From Oscillospiraceae bacterium (GTDB lineage: Bacteria > Bacillota_I > Bacilli_A > RF39 > UBA660): a stretch of DNA of 64,000 bases. Under the pieces are notes generated by a model. That model was given only the letters and a program-made list of their open reading frames with translations, was not told the DNA's origin and did not search any database. This document shows, piece after piece, positions 46,332-57,129 of this stretch; the stretch's first letter is position 1, and each line of letters opens with the position of its first letter. A program made the position numbers and the translations under genes. The stretch lies in the NCBI GenBank assembly GCA_963632935.1, contig CAVGWA010000003.1:5444-69443 (forward strand), written 5' to 3'.

Positions 46332-47207
46332 ATGGTTATTGTAATTACAGGGCCTACAGCTGTTGGTAAAACTGATTTAAGTTTATTTTTAGCTCATAAG
46401 TTGGATGGCGAGATTATTAATGCGGATAGTACGCAAATATATAAGGGTATTGATATAGCAACTAATAAAGTTAAGAATACTGAAGGAGTTAAGCATCATT
46501 TATTTGATGAAAAGAGTTTAACTGAGGATTATACAGTTTTTGATTATCAGAAGGATTCCAGAAAGATTATTGATGATATTTTATCTAGAGGTAAGGTACC
46601 GATATTAGTTGGAGGTACTGGTCTTTATATTAATGCAGCTTTATATGATTATAAGTTTGAAGATAGAACTAATGATGATTATGAAGGAGTTAGTAATGAT
46701 GAACTTTATCAAATGCTTTTAAAGGTTGATCCTAATACGAGTATTCATTTAAATAATAGAGTAAGAGTAATTGGAGCTTTAAATTATTTTAAAGCAAATG
46801 GTAAGCCTTATAGCGAAAAAGCAAAGAATGAAAAATTACTTTATGATACTTTATTTATTGGTTTAACTACTGAAAGAGATATTCTTTATTATAAAATTAA
46901 TAAAAGGGTAGATAAAATGATTGAAGAGGGGTTAGTTCAAGAAGCTAAGGATTTATATGATTTAAATATCAGAACTAAAGCGGTTATGACACCTATTGGG
47001 CCTAAAGAATTATTTTTATATTTTGATGGTAAAATTAGTTTAGAAGATGCAGTAGAACTTATAAAAAGTAGAAGTAGAAAGTATGCGAAAAGGCAATATA
47101 CTTGGTTTAATCACCAAATGAAATTAAAGTGGTTTCATACTAATTATGAGGATTTTAGTAAAACTGAAAATGAAGTTTTAGAATATATAAATAAAAATTT
47201 TGAATAA
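46332..47207 (+). CDS. miaA: tRNA dimethylallyltransferase
   Basis: P-loop ITGPTAVGKT, STQIYKGIDIATNK, VGGTGLY. Confidence 0.9.
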   Translation: MVIVITGPTAVGKTDLSLFLAHKLDGEIINADSTQIYKGIDIATNKVKNTEGVKHHLFDEKSLTEDYTVFDYQKDSRKIIDDILSRGKVPILVGGTGLYINAALYDYKFEDRTNDDYEGVSNDELYQMLLKVDPNTSIHLNNRVRVIGALNYFKANGKPYSEKAKNEKLLYDTLFIGLTTERDILYYKINKRVDKMIEEGLVQEAKDLYDLNIRTKAVMTPIGPKELFLYFDGKISLEDAVELIKSRSRKYAKRQYTWFNHQMKLKWFHTNYEDFSKTENEVLEYINKNFE

Positions 47208-47250
47208 TGCATATATTATGTTATAATATGACCTACTGAGAGGTGTTGTT

Positions 47251-47790
47251 ATGAATTTAATGGAAATAATTCCTGATATTTATGTACCTAGTGTATATGA
47301 TATAAATTATTTAAAACTTTATTCAAATGGTATTAGATATGGTATATTTGATGTTGATTGTACAATTCTTTCATTTGATAATATTGAGGTAACTGATAGA
47401 TTAATAGAGCTTTTTTCCAAAATTAAAGATTTTGGTATTACTCCTGGACTTTGTTCAAGTGGTAGTTTGAAAAGGGTAAAACCAGTTGCAGATGCTTTAG
47501 GAGTTAATTATATTGCAAATGCAGGTAAACCTTTTAATGGTGATTTTAAATTAATTAAAGAGTCATTATTTGATGCTGAATGTACACCAAAAAATACTAT
47601 GATGGTTGGAGATTCATTTTATTTGGATATGATATTTGCTAGAAGATTAGGTCTTTATAAAGTTATGGTTGATCCTATTAATGATGAAAAAGGAGATAAA
47701 GCTAAGAGTTTTGCTAATGATTTTATTCAAACTTCTGTTTATGCTTTTATGCCAAAGGGTAAAATAAAAAAAGGAAATTATTATTTTTAA
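47251..47790 (+). CDS. YqeG family HAD-IIIA phosphatase
   Basis: GIFDVDCTIL (DxD nucleophile), KP (ANAGKP) and MVGDSFYLD motifs. 179 aa. Confidence 0.65.
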   Translation: MNLMEIIPDIYVPSVYDINYLKLYSNGIRYGIFDVDCTILSFDNIEVTDRLIELFSKIKDFGITPGLCSSGSLKRVKPVADALGVNYIANAGKPFNGDFKLIKESLFDAECTPKNTMMVGDSFYLDMIFARRLGLYKVMVDPINDEKGDKAKSFANDFIQTSVYAFMPKGKIKKGNYYF

Positions 47791-47828
47791 GTGCACTTTA
47801 TTGTGCATTTTTATTGAAGGTGAAATTT

Positions 47829-49034
47829 ATGAAAAGAATTATTATGCATATTGATGTGAATAATGCTTTTTTATCATGGACAGCAGTTTTGCGATTGAAA
47901 AATGGTGAAAAAATTGATATTAGAAATACTTATGCTGTTATTAGTGGTGATGAAAAATCAAGACATGGAATTGTACTTGCTAAGTCTATGCCAGCTAAAA
48001 AGAAGGGCGTTTTAACTGGTGATAGTATTTATTTAGCTAAAAAAAAATGTCCTAATTTAAAGGTATATGCTCCTTGTTATGATTTTTATAAAAAAATGAG
48101 TGATAGTATGATGAATTTAATTTGTTCATATTCACCTGATGTTGAACAGATGAGTATTGATGAGTGCTTTTTAGATTATACACCGGTTAAACATTTATAT
48201 GGTGATGAATTACAATTCGCATATAAATTAAAAAAAGAAATTAAGGACAAGCTGGGATTTACTGTTAATATTGGTATTGCTAATAATAAATTATGTGCTA
48301 AAATGGCTTCTGATTTTTCTAAACCTTATAAAGTTCATACACTTTATGAAGATGAGGTTGAAAGAAAAATGTGGCCTTTAAAAGTTGATGATTTGTTTGG
48401 AATTGGTAAGCAGACTGCTTTAAAATTACATAAATTAAATATTAATACTATTTATGATCTTGCTCATATTGATAAAGTTTTTTTATATAAACATTTTAAA
48501 AATCAAGCCTATGATATGATTGATAAGGCCTTAGGTAAAGGCAGTGATTTTGTAGATAGTAGTAAAAATGATCCTAAGGGTATTGGTAATGAAGTTACTT
48601 TGACTAAGAATATTTATGATAAGGGTGAATTGAAACAATATTTGCTTGCTTTATCTGAAAATGTTTCTTTAAGGTTACGTAAGGAAGGTAAGTATGCATA
48701 TGTTGTTGTGGTTATTTTAAAGGATAAGTTTTTTAAAAGAATTTCTCATCAAAAAAAACTTGTTAATGCAATTAATTTAGCTGATGATGTAAGCAAGGTT
48801 TCTTTAGAAATTTTAGATGAGATGAATATTGAAAATGGTGTTAGATTGGTTGGTATAAGGTTAGATAAATTGGTTTCATCATCTTCTCATCAAGTTTCTT
48901 TATTTGAAAATTTGAATGTTAAAGATAGTAATAGTGAACTTGAAAAAGTGTTAGATGATTTGAAAGCAAAGTATGGCTTTAAAATTGTTAAAAAAGCTAG
49001 TTTGCTTGATAATAAAATTTCTAAAAAATATTAG
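47829..49034 (+). CDS. dinB: DNA polymerase IV (Y-family)
   Basis: IMHIDVNNAFLS, SIDECFLD, IANNKLCAKMASD and the little-finger domain. AAGGTG RBS before the ATG at 47829. Confidence 0.9.
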   Translation: MKRIIMHIDVNNAFLSWTAVLRLKNGEKIDIRNTYAVISGDEKSRHGIVLAKSMPAKKKGVLTGDSIYLAKKKCPNLKVYAPCYDFYKKMSDSMMNLICSYSPDVEQMSIDECFLDYTPVKHLYGDELQFAYKLKKEIKDKLGFTVNIGIANNKLCAKMASDFSKPYKVHTLYEDEVERKMWPLKVDDLFGIGKQTALKLHKLNINTIYDLAHIDKVFLYKHFKNQAYDMIDKALGKGSDFVDSSKNDPKGIGNEVTLTKNIYDKGELKQYLLALSENVSLRLRKEGKYAYVVVVILKDKFFKRISHQKKLVNAINLADDVSKVSLEILDEMNIENGVRLVGIRLDKLVSSSSHQVSLFENLNVKDSNSELEKVLDDLKAKYGFKIVKKASLLDNKISKKY

Positions 49035-49087
49035 GTTTACTTTAAATTAATTAATGGGTATAATGTTATAGGAAAGTAGTGATTAGA

Positions 49088-51247
49088 ATGAATGATGAGA
49101 TTATTAAACAAATTAGTATAGATTTAGGTATAAAAACTACTCAAGTGGATAATACTTTATCTTTGCTTTCTTCTGGTAATACGATTCCTTTTATTGCAAG
49201 GTATCGTAAGGATGTTACTGGTGGACTTGATGAGGAGTTTATTAAAAAAATTAATGAGGTTTATTTATATCAGGTTAATTTATTGAATCGTAAGGAAGAT
49301 GTTATTAGATTAATTGATGAAAAGGGTTTACTTACTGAGGAGTTAAAAAATCAAATTATGAGTGCTTCTAAGTTAGTTGAAGTTGATGATTTATATAGAC
49401 CTTATAAAGAAAAGAAGAAAACAAAGGCAACTGAGGCTATAAAAAATGGTTTAGAAGGTTTAGCTAAGTTGATTATGTCTTTTGTTAGTAATGTTTCTTT
49501 AGAAGATTTAACTCAAAAATTTTTAAATGAAAATGTTAAAACTAAAGAGGATGCTATTCAAGGGGCAGGTTATATTATTGCTGAGTGGATAAGTGATAAT
49601 GCTTCTTATAGAAAATGGATTAGAAAGTATACTTTTAATGAAGGTGTTATTAAAACTAAATTAAAAAAAGATGCTTTAGATGAGAGAAAAATATATGAGA
49701 TGTATTATGATTTTTCTGAAAGAGTACGTTATGCGAAGCCTTATAGAATTATGGCTATAAATAGAGCTGAGAAGGAAAAGGTAATTAGTGTTAGTTTAGA
49801 TATTAATGAAGAGAGTATATTGTCATATTTAAGGGATAAGTTAATTAAGAAAGATGCTCCTTTTAATTACGTTATTGAGAATTCTATTAAAGATAGTTAT
49901 AAAAGGTTAATTTCTCCTTCTATTGAAAGGGAAATTAGAAGTGAACTTACTGATAAAGCTTGTGAGGATGCTATTCATAATTTTGGAATTAATTTGGAAA
50001 ATTTACTTATGCAACCACCTATGAAGGAAAAAAATGTTTTGGGCTTTGATCCGGGATATGTTAATGGTTGTAAGCTTGCTGTTATTGATAAAACTGGTAA
50101 GTTTTGGGATTCTTTAATTATAAAACCATTTTTAAATAATGTTAAGGAAGATGATTTAAATAAATTTAAATTTATTGTTTCTAATTTAATTAAAAAATAT
50201 AATATTGATATTATATCAATAGGTAATGGAACAGCATCTCGTGAAAGTGAAAAATTTTGTGCGGATATGATTAGAGAATATAATTTAAATTGTAAGTATG
50301 TTATTGTATCTGAAGCAGGTGCATCAATTTATTCAACTGAAAAGGTGGCCTCTGATGAATTTCCTACTTTATCACCAAATGAAAGAAGTGCTATAAGTAT
50401 TGCTAGGAGACTTCAAGATCCACTTTCTGAGCTTGTTAAAATACCACCTACTGGTATGGGAGTTGGTTCTTATCAACATGATGTTCCTAATAAGAATTTA
50501 ACTGAATCTTTAGATTTTGTTGTTACAAAGGCTGTTAATAGTGTTGGTGTTAATATTAATACTGCATCAAGTTCTCTTTTGAAGTATGTTTCTGGTCTTA
50601 CTAAACGTAATATTGATAAGATAATTTCTTATCGTGATGAAAATGGTAAAATAATGTCACGTGATGAGGTTAAAAGTAAAAAGTTATTAACTGATAAAGT
50701 TTATCAGCAGGCTATAGGATTTTTAAGAATAGTTGATGGTAATAATGTACTTGATACTACTGATATTCATCCTGAAAGTTATGAACTTACTTTAAAGTTA
50801 CTTAAATGTATTGATATGGATTTATCTAAGATTGGTAGTGAGGAGATTTCTTTAGCTTTGAATAATCTTGATATTCATAAGACTGCTTTAGATTTAAAAA
50901 CTGATGAGTATACTTTAGAAGACATTATTAAATCGTTAAAAAAACCTGGAAGAGATCCTCGTGATGAAATGCCACAACCTATTTTAAAAAGTGATGTTTT
51001 AAGTATTAATGATTTAAAGGTTGGTATGAAATTACAAGGTACTGTTCGTAATGTTGTTCCGTTTGGTGCATTTATTGATATTGGACTTCATGATGATGGA
51101 ATGGCTCATATTTCAAAACTTTCAAATAAGTTTATAAAACATCCAAATGAGATTGTAAGTGTTGGTGATATTGTTGATTGTTATGTTGACGATATTGATT
51201 TAGTTAAAGAAAAGGTTGCTTTATCTTTAATAAAGCCGGAGGCTTAA
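49088..51247 (+). CDS. tex: Tex family transcription accessory protein (S1 domain)
   Basis: IPFIARYRKD N-terminus, a YqgF-like region (GFDPGYVNGCKLAV), HhH repeats and a C-terminal S1 domain (GTVRNVVPFGAFIDIG). Confidence 0.9.
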   Translation: MNDEIIKQISIDLGIKTTQVDNTLSLLSSGNTIPFIARYRKDVTGGLDEEFIKKINEVYLYQVNLLNRKEDVIRLIDEKGLLTEELKNQIMSASKLVEVDDLYRPYKEKKKTKATEAIKNGLEGLAKLIMSFVSNVSLEDLTQKFLNENVKTKEDAIQGAGYIIAEWISDNASYRKWIRKYTFNEGVIKTKLKKDALDERKIYEMYYDFSERVRYAKPYRIMAINRAEKEKVISVSLDINEESILSYLRDKLIKKDAPFNYVIENSIKDSYKRLISPSIEREIRSELTDKACEDAIHNFGINLENLLMQPPMKEKNVLGFDPGYVNGCKLAVIDKTGKFWDSLIIKPFLNNVKEDDLNKFKFIVSNLIKKYNIDIISIGNGTASRESEKFCADMIREYNLNCKYVIVSEAGASIYSTEKVASDEFPTLSPNERSAISIARRLQDPLSELVKIPPTGMGVGSYQHDVPNKNLTESLDFVVTKAVNSVGVNINTASSSLLKYVSGLTKRNIDKIISYRDENGKIMSRDEVKSKKLLTDKVYQQAIGFLRIVDGNNVLDTTDIHPESYELTLKLLKCIDMDLSKIGSEEISLALNNLDIHKTALDLKTDEYTLEDIIKSLKKPGRDPRDEMPQPILKSDVLSINDLKVGMKLQGTVRNVVPFGAFIDIGLHDDGMAHISKLSNKFIKHPNEIVSVGDIVDCYVDDIDLVKEKVALSLIKPEA

Positions 51248-51678
51248 TGAAAAAATTATTAATTTTGTTATGTGTATTTTGTTTAACTGGATGTGTTAAA
51301 AATGAGGATTTTTCTAAGACATGCACTAGTTTAACTAAATCTTCATCCATTAAAGATAAAACAAGTATATATGTTATTTATGATGCGGATGATAGGATTA
51401 AAAGTGCTGTTGTTACTAAAAATTATAAAGCATTAAATGAGGATGGAATTAAGTTATTAGGTGATATAAAAGAGGCTTCTAGTTCATATAATAAGAGGTA
51501 TGCCTCTTCTAATATTAAAATAACTGTTTCAAAAGATGATAAGGATGTTTATGAGATGAAGTATTATTTGAATGTTTTAAAATTGAATGAAAATGTTTTG
51601 AATGATTTTAATATTAAAAAAAATTCTATTAAGTTTTTTAATAAGATGAGGGATAAAAATATAGAGTGTGAGGGTTGA
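51247..51678 (+). CDS. Putative lipoprotein
   Basis: Signal peptide with lipobox LTGC (MKKLLILLCVFCLTG|C). TAATG overlap with the tex stop codon. Confidence 0.7.
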   Translation: MKKLLILLCVFCLTGCVKNEDFSKTCTSLTKSSSIKDKTSIYVIYDADDRIKSAVVTKNYKALNEDGIKLLGDIKEASSSYNKRYASSNIKITVSKDDKDVYEMKYYLNVLKLNENVLNDFNIKKNSIKFFNKMRDKNIECEG

Positions 51679-51682
51679 TGAG

Positions 51683-52507
51683 ATGATAGAGATTATTAAG
51701 GCAATATTTTTTGGAATTGTTGAAGGGATTACTGAATGGCTTCCAATTAGTAGTACTGGTCATTTGATTTTACTTAATGAGTTTATTAAATTGGATGTTT
51801 CTAATAAGTTTTATGATATGTTTCAAGTTGTTATTCAACTAGGGGCAATTATGGCAGTGGTAATTATATATTGGAAAAATATATTTCCTTTTAAGAAAAA
51901 AAATGGTAGTTTGAAGGCCGATAAAGATATTTTTAATCTTTGGGGTAAAATAATTGTTGCCTGTATTCCAGCAGCGATTATTGGTTTATTATTTGATGAA
52001 GTTTTTGAAAAGTTATTTTATAATTATGTATGTGTTGCTATTGCATTAATTGTATTCGGTATTGCATTTATTGTTATTGAAAATAAAAATGTTAAACCTA
52101 AAATTACTTCATTAAAAGATCTTTCTTATAATACGGCTTTATTGATTGGTTTTTTTCAATTAATAGCGGCTATTTTTCCTGGTACTTCTAGATCGGGAGC
52201 TACTATAGTGGGTGCACTTTTATTAGGCGTTTCTAGAACAGTAGCTGCTGAATTTACTTTTTTCTTAGCTATTCCTGTTATGTTTGGTGCAAGTTTGCTT
52301 AAAGTAGTTAAATATGGATTTGCATTTACTTCATTAGAACTTGCTATATTATTAACTGGTATGATAGTTGCATTTATAACAAGTATGTTTATTATTAAAT
52401 TTTTAATGAGTTATATTAAGAAACATGATTTTAAGGTGTTTGGTTGGTATAGAATTGTTTTAGGTTTACTTATTATTTTGTATGCAATTTCTCAGACACT
52501 TATGTAG
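51683..52507 (+). CDS. uppP: Undecaprenyl-diphosphate phosphatase (BacA/UppP)
   Basis: GIVEGITEWLPISSTGH and PGTSRSGATI signature motifs. 8 TM helices. Confidence 0.9.
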   Translation: MIEIIKAIFFGIVEGITEWLPISSTGHLILLNEFIKLDVSNKFYDMFQVVIQLGAIMAVVIIYWKNIFPFKKKNGSLKADKDIFNLWGKIIVACIPAAIIGLLFDEVFEKLFYNYVCVAIALIVFGIAFIVIENKNVKPKITSLKDLSYNTALLIGFFQLIAAIFPGTSRSGATIVGALLLGVSRTVAAEFTFFLAIPVMFGASLLKVVKYGFAFTSLELAILLTGMIVAFITSMFIIKFLMSYIKKHDFKVFGWYRIVLGLLIILYAISQTLM

Positions 52508-52511
52508 TTTT

Positions 52512-52535
52512 AACCATTCGATTGAATGGTTTTTT
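52512..52535 (+). terminator. Rho-independent terminator of uppP
   Basis: Perfect 8-bp stem aaccattc / gaatggtt with loop gatt, followed by a T run. Confidence 0.8.
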
Positions 52536-52637
52536 CATTATGATTATTTTTGCTTATATAGAAAATTTATGCATTTGAAATTGAAATTTTATTTTCAGTT
52601 TTGTTTAAAATATAGTATAATTGTTGTGGTGATATAA

Positions 52638-53945
52638 ATGTTTGAAAATTTAGGAGATAGATTACAAAATGCTTTAAATAAAATAAAAGGTTATGGTAAG
52701 ATTACTGAAGAAAATATTAGTGATGTTACAAGAGAAATTAGACTTGCTTTATTAGAGGCTGATGTCAATTATAAAGTGGTTAAAGAATTTATTAATGATG
52801 TTAAGGAAAAGGCTTTAGGCGAAGAGGTTAGTAAGAGTTTAAAGCCTGGTGAAGAGTTTGTAAAGATAGTTAAAGACGAATTAACTGAATTACTTGGAAA
52901 AGAAGATGAACCGCTAATTATTGTAAAGCCTATGACTATTTTGATGATGGCTGGTTTACAAGGTTCTGGTAAAACAACAACTACTGGAAAACTTGCTTTA
53001 CTTTTAAGAAAAAAATACGGAATGAAACCTTTAATGGTAGCTTGTGATGTTTATAGACCAGCTGCAATCGATCAATTAAAACAATTAGGTAAAGAACTTA
53101 ATATTGAAGTATATTCCGAAGGAAAAGGTAATCCTGTTGAGATTGCGAAAAATGGTATTGAATACGCAAAAGAAAATGGATATAATTACGTTTTAATCGA
53201 TACAGCCGGTAGATTACATATTGATAATAATTTAATGGAAGAGTTACAGAATATTAACGATGAAGTTAAGCCTAATGAAATTTTACTTGTAATTGACAGT
53301 ATGATGGGTCAAGATGCTGTCAATGTTATTACTGGATTTAATGATAGATTGCCTCTTACTGGAGCAGTTTTAACCAAATTAGATGGTGATACTAAAGGTG
53401 GAGCAGCCTTATCTATTAGACATTTAACAAACATTCCTATTAAGTTCATTGGCGTATCTGAAAAGATGGATGGATTAGAGCCTTTTCATCCTGAAAGAAT
53501 GGCCAGCAGAATTTTAGATATGGGCGATTTAATGGGAATGATTGAGAAGGCCGAAAGTGTAATTGATGAAAAAGAAGCTATGGAAGCTGCAAAAAAATTA
53601 CAAAAAGGTAAGTTTGATTTAGAAGATTTTTTAAATCAATTAAATCAAATAAAAAAATTAGGACCTTTAGAGAATTTAATTAAATTGATTCCTGGTGCTA
53701 AAAAAATGGGATTAAATAATGTAAATATTGATCCTAAACAAATGGCTCATATTGAGGCTATTATATTATCTATGACTTTAGAAGAAAGAAGAAATCCTGA
53801 TATTTTAAAAGCTAGCAGAAAAAGAAGGATTGCTAGTGGTAGTGGAACTAGTGTAGAAGAGGTTAATAGATTATTGAAACAATTTGAACAAATGAAGATT
53901 ATGGTGAAACAGATGAAAAATGGAAATTTTAAGATGCCTTTTTAA
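52638..53945 (+). CDS. ffh: Signal recognition particle protein Ffh
   Basis: N domain, G domain (GLQGSGKTTT, DTAGR, TKLDG) and an M domain with a Met-rich C-terminus. Confidence 0.95.
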   Translation: MFENLGDRLQNALNKIKGYGKITEENISDVTREIRLALLEADVNYKVVKEFINDVKEKALGEEVSKSLKPGEEFVKIVKDELTELLGKEDEPLIIVKPMTILMMAGLQGSGKTTTTGKLALLLRKKYGMKPLMVACDVYRPAAIDQLKQLGKELNIEVYSEGKGNPVEIAKNGIEYAKENGYNYVLIDTAGRLHIDNNLMEELQNINDEVKPNEILLVIDSMMGQDAVNVITGFNDRLPLTGAVLTKLDGDTKGGAALSIRHLTNIPIKFIGVSEKMDGLEPFHPERMASRILDMGDLMGMIEKAESVIDEKEAMEAAKKLQKGKFDLEDFLNQLNQIKKLGPLENLIKLIPGAKKMGLNNVNIDPKQMAHIEAIILSMTLEERRNPDILKASRKRRIASGSGTSVEEVNRLLKQFEQMKIMVKQMKNGNFKMPF

Positions 53946-54039
53946 AGATAGATTAAGTTCTATTTTTTATGTTAGATAACTTTGTATTGACATTTATTTA
54001 CAAATGTTATATTATAACCAACAAATTGTGGAGGTTTAT

Positions 54040-54708
54040 ATGGAAGAAATTGATTTAAGTTATCTTTTTAAATTTTATTTATCTCAAATAAAATGGGTTA
54101 TTATTTCTATTGTTTGTTTAGTATTAGTTGGAAATGTTTATAATTTAATTACAAGAGTACCACTTTATCAAAGTAGTACAACAATTGTTCTTGCTACGGA
54201 GAACAAGGATGATGAAAAATATACACAAAGTGATGCTTTACTAAACCAAAATTTAGTGTCTACATATAGTCAAATAATTAAAAGTAGAAAAATATTAAAT
54301 AAAGTAATAAAAAATGAAAAATTAAAATACAATTATGATAAATTATCATCAGCAATTGATGTTTCAAGTGTTGAAGACACCGAAATAATAAAAATATCAG
54401 TAAAATCTAAAAGCAAAAAGGAGGCAATAAAAATTGCAGATGCTATTGTTCCTGTTTTTTCTGATGAAGTAAAACGTATTTATAATATAAATAATGTTAG
54501 TGTTGTAGATGAAGCTTATGCCTCTTCTAAACCATGTAATATTAATTATTTAAAAGAAAATATATTATATGTTTTATCAGCATTTGTATTATCTACTGGT
54601 GTAATTTTCATTATTTATTATTTTGATACAAGTATTAAATCAGCTACTGAAATAGAAGAAAAATGTGGTTTAACAATTTTAGGCGTAGTTCCAGAAGTAA
54701 GGAGATAA
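54040..54708 (+). CDS. Polysaccharide chain-length determinant / BY-kinase transmembrane modulator (Wzz, CpsC/YwqC-like)
   Basis: EIDLSYLFKFYL..., a TM helix, PLYQSSTTIVL, a second C-terminal TM helix. GGAGG RBS before the ATG at 54040. Confidence 0.8.
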   Translation: MEEIDLSYLFKFYLSQIKWVIISIVCLVLVGNVYNLITRVPLYQSSTTIVLATENKDDEKYTQSDALLNQNLVSTYSQIIKSRKILNKVIKNEKLKYNYDKLSSAIDVSSVEDTEIIKISVKSKSKKEAIKIADAIVPVFSDEVKRIYNINNVSVVDEAYASSKPCNINYLKENILYVLSAFVLSTGVIFIIYYFDTSIKSATEIEEKCGLTILGVVPEVRR

Positions 54709-54711
54709 AGT

Positions 54712-55443
54712 ATGATTAAAAAGAAAAGTGAACATACAAATAGAACAGATTTATTACTTAATTTAAGTCCTAAATCAGTATTTTCAGAAGCCATAAAAAA
54801 CATTAGAACGAATTTAACTTTTTCTGAAGTAAATAAAAAAATGAAAATAATTTTAATTACTTCAACTGAACCGGGGGATGGTAAAAGTTTTATTTGTGCT
54901 AATTTAGCTATTGCCTATGCTCAGGAGGGTAAAAGGGTATTAATTATTGATAGTGATTTAAGAAAAGGAAGACAATCTGAAATATTCGGTGTTATAAATA
55001 AAATAAGTAGTGGTTATACTAATTTAATTTTAAATTATAATGAAAACGAAAATAATTTTAAATTAGATGATTATATTTTAGAAACATCTATTACAAATGT
55101 TGAATTGATTGCTAACGGACCAATACCACCAAATCCAGTAGAATTACTTTCCAGCAAAAATAATGAACGTTTATTAGAAGAATTAAAGAAAAAATATGAT
55201 ATAATAATACTCGATTGTCCACCAATAATTGGAATTAGTGATACATCTATTATGACAAAATATAGTGATGTTAATTTATTGGTAGTTTCAAATAAAAAAA
55301 CAAAAGTTGAATTAATTGAGAGAGTTAAGAAAAACTTTGAACAAGCTAACGCAAGTATAACAGGGGTTATTGTTAATAAAGCAGATGTAAAAGGTAGTAG
55401 TTATTATGGTTATTACAATGATGACTACTATGATGAAAAATAA
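54712..55443 (+). CDS. CpsD/CapB family tyrosine-protein kinase (BY-kinase catalytic subunit)
   Basis: Walker A STEPGDGKS, Walker A' LIIDSDLRK, Walker B IIILDCPP, and a C-terminal Tyr cluster SSYYGYYNDDYYDEK (55396-55440). Confidence 0.88.
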   Translation: MIKKKSEHTNRTDLLLNLSPKSVFSEAIKNIRTNLTFSEVNKKMKIILITSTEPGDGKSFICANLAIAYAQEGKRVLIIDSDLRKGRQSEIFGVINKISSGYTNLILNYNENENNFKLDDYILETSITNVELIANGPIPPNPVELLSSKNNERLLEELKKKYDIIILDCPPIIGISDTSIMTKYSDVNLLVVSNKKTKVELIERVKKNFEQANASITGVIVNKADVKGSSYYGYYNDDYYDEK

Positions 55444-56156
55444 TGAAAGATTTGCATACTCATCTTCTTTATGGCATAGATGATGGTAGTAAAAACTTAG
55501 CCGAAAGTTTACAATCTTTACAATCATTAGCAAGTTCTGGAGTTACAGAACTTGTTTTTACTCCTCATTATATTGAAAATAGTAAATATATGTGTAACGT
55601 TAGTAAGAAAAAAAAATTATTCCAAAAAATTAAATCAGAAATGAAAAAACAAAATATTAATATAAAAGTTTATATGGGAAACGAAATATATTATTCTGAG
55701 AATATATTAAAACTTTTAAAAGAAAAAGAAATATCTTCAATAAATGATTCAAGATATTTATTAATTGAACTACCAGTTTTAAATTGTCCTAATAGTATTA
55801 AAAACGTATTTAGTGAACTAATACATAACGGTTATAAAATCGTATTAGCACATCCTGAAAGATATTGTTATGTTATGGATGATATTACATTTTTAGATGA
55901 TTTAATTAAAATGGGAGTATTGATGCAAAGTAACTATACTAGTTTATATGGTAGATATGGTAAGAAAAGCGAGGCAACATTAAAAAAGCTTCTTAAAAAA
56001 GGATATATATCATTTTTATGTAGTGATATACATTCTAAGATGAGAGTAAGAGAGGTAAATTTAAGAAGAAAATTAAGATGGTATTTATCTAAAGATGATA
56101 TTGAAAAATTATTAAATACCAATTTTGATAAAGTAGTAAATGATGAAAAATTATAA
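55443..56156 (+). CDS. Tyrosine-protein phosphatase, PHP family (CpsB/YwqE-like)
   Basis: DLHTHLLYGIDDG N-terminal metal motif, LAHPERY, and CSDIHS. Confidence 0.85.
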   Translation: MKDLHTHLLYGIDDGSKNLAESLQSLQSLASSGVTELVFTPHYIENSKYMCNVSKKKKLFQKIKSEMKKQNINIKVYMGNEIYYSENILKLLKEKEISSINDSRYLLIELPVLNCPNSIKNVFSELIHNGYKIVLAHPERYCYVMDDITFLDDLIKMGVLMQSNYTSLYGRYGKKSEATLKKLLKKGYISFLCSDIHSKMRVREVNLRRKLRWYLSKDDIEKLLNTNFDKVVNDEKL

Positions 56157-56175
56157 GTAAGGTAGTGTGTTTTTA

Positions 56176-56838
56176 ATGGATGAGAGTATTGTATATGTTA
56201 AAGAATCTAGAAAATTATCTAAAAAAATATATTTTTTCTTTAAAAGATTTTTTGATATTTTATTTAGTATAATATTATTAATATTTTTAGTACCAATTTC
56301 TTTAACAATTAAAGTAGTTTATATTTTTAATAAAGATTTTAACAGTATATTTTATTTTCAAAAAAGAATAGGTAAAAATGGTAAAATATTTAAATTATAT
56401 AAATTTAGATCAATGGTACCAAATGCAGATGAGGTTTTAAAACAAATGCTAAAAAAAAAGAAGTACAAAAAACAGTGGGAGAAATATCAAAAGTTTGAAG
56501 ATGATCCTAGAATAACAAAAATAGGTAAATTTTTAAGAAAAACTTCATTAGATGAATTGCCACAAGTAATTAATGTTTTAAAAGGTGATATGTCCTTTAT
56601 AGGTCCAAGACCATTAATAGAAGGTGAATTAGATTCACATAATGGTAATCATGAATTATATGAAAGTGTTCGTCCCGGTGTATCCGGTTGGTGGGCTTGT
56701 AATGGAAGAAGTAATTTATCATATGAAGAAAGATTAATATTAGAGTATTTTTATTGTGAAAATTGTAATTTTAAGTTAGATATTAAATGCATTTTTAGAA
56801 CAATTAAAGCAGTGGTTTTTAAAAAAGGAGCTAAATAG
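56176..56838 (+). CDS. Undecaprenyl-phosphate sugar phosphotransferase (small monotopic priming transferase, Bac_transf family)
   Basis: FKRFFDILFS + TM helix, KLYKFRSM, DELPQVINVLKGDMSFIGPRP. Confidence 0.85.
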   Translation: MDESIVYVKESRKLSKKIYFFFKRFFDILFSIILLIFLVPISLTIKVVYIFNKDFNSIFYFQKRIGKNGKIFKLYKFRSMVPNADEVLKQMLKKKKYKKQWEKYQKFEDDPRITKIGKFLRKTSLDELPQVINVLKGDMSFIGPRPLIEGELDSHNGNHELYESVRPGVSGWWACNGRSNLSYEERLILEYFYCENCNFKLDIKCIFRTIKAVVFKKGAK

Positions 56839-56902
56839 GCTAGTGTTATACTTATATTATTTAATAATAAAAAGTTGATGAAAAATGGATATGTATTTTA
56901 AG

Positions 56903-56927
56903 GTAAATCTTAAGTGATTTACTTTTT
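56903..56927 (+). terminator. Rho-independent terminator after the priming transferase (inside the capsule locus)
   Basis: Stem gtaaatc (56903-56909) / gatttac (56916-56922) with loop ttaagt, followed by T5. Confidence 0.55.
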
Positions 56928-57048
56928 ATATTTACTAAAAAATGTATGGCAGAGCGACTATAAAAAAGCACTTTTAAAAGATATTATATATGTTTCTTAA
57001 ACTTATTGCACATTAATTGTGCACTTTCAATAAAAATCTACACTATGC

Positions 57049-57094
57049 AAAATTGAGCAAAAAAATGGCTGAAAATTGAGCAAAAAAATGGCTG
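57049..57094. repeat. Perfect tandem duplication, 2 x 23 bp (aaaattgagcaaaaaaatggctg)
   Basis: Unit 1 (57049-57071) and unit 2 (57072-57094) are identical. They are followed by a partial restart (aaaa) and lie 6 nt upstream of a -35 box. Confidence 0.95.
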
Positions 57095-57100
57095 AAAAAG

Positions 57101-57129
57101 TTGAATCTTTGGTTCTTTTAGTGTATAAT
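57101..57129 (+). promoter_or_regulatory. Sigma-A promoter candidate for the glycosyltransferase block
   Basis: TTGAAT (57101-57106), a 17-nt spacer, TATAAT (57124-57129). This leaves a roughly 140-nt leader before the GT start. Confidence 0.5.
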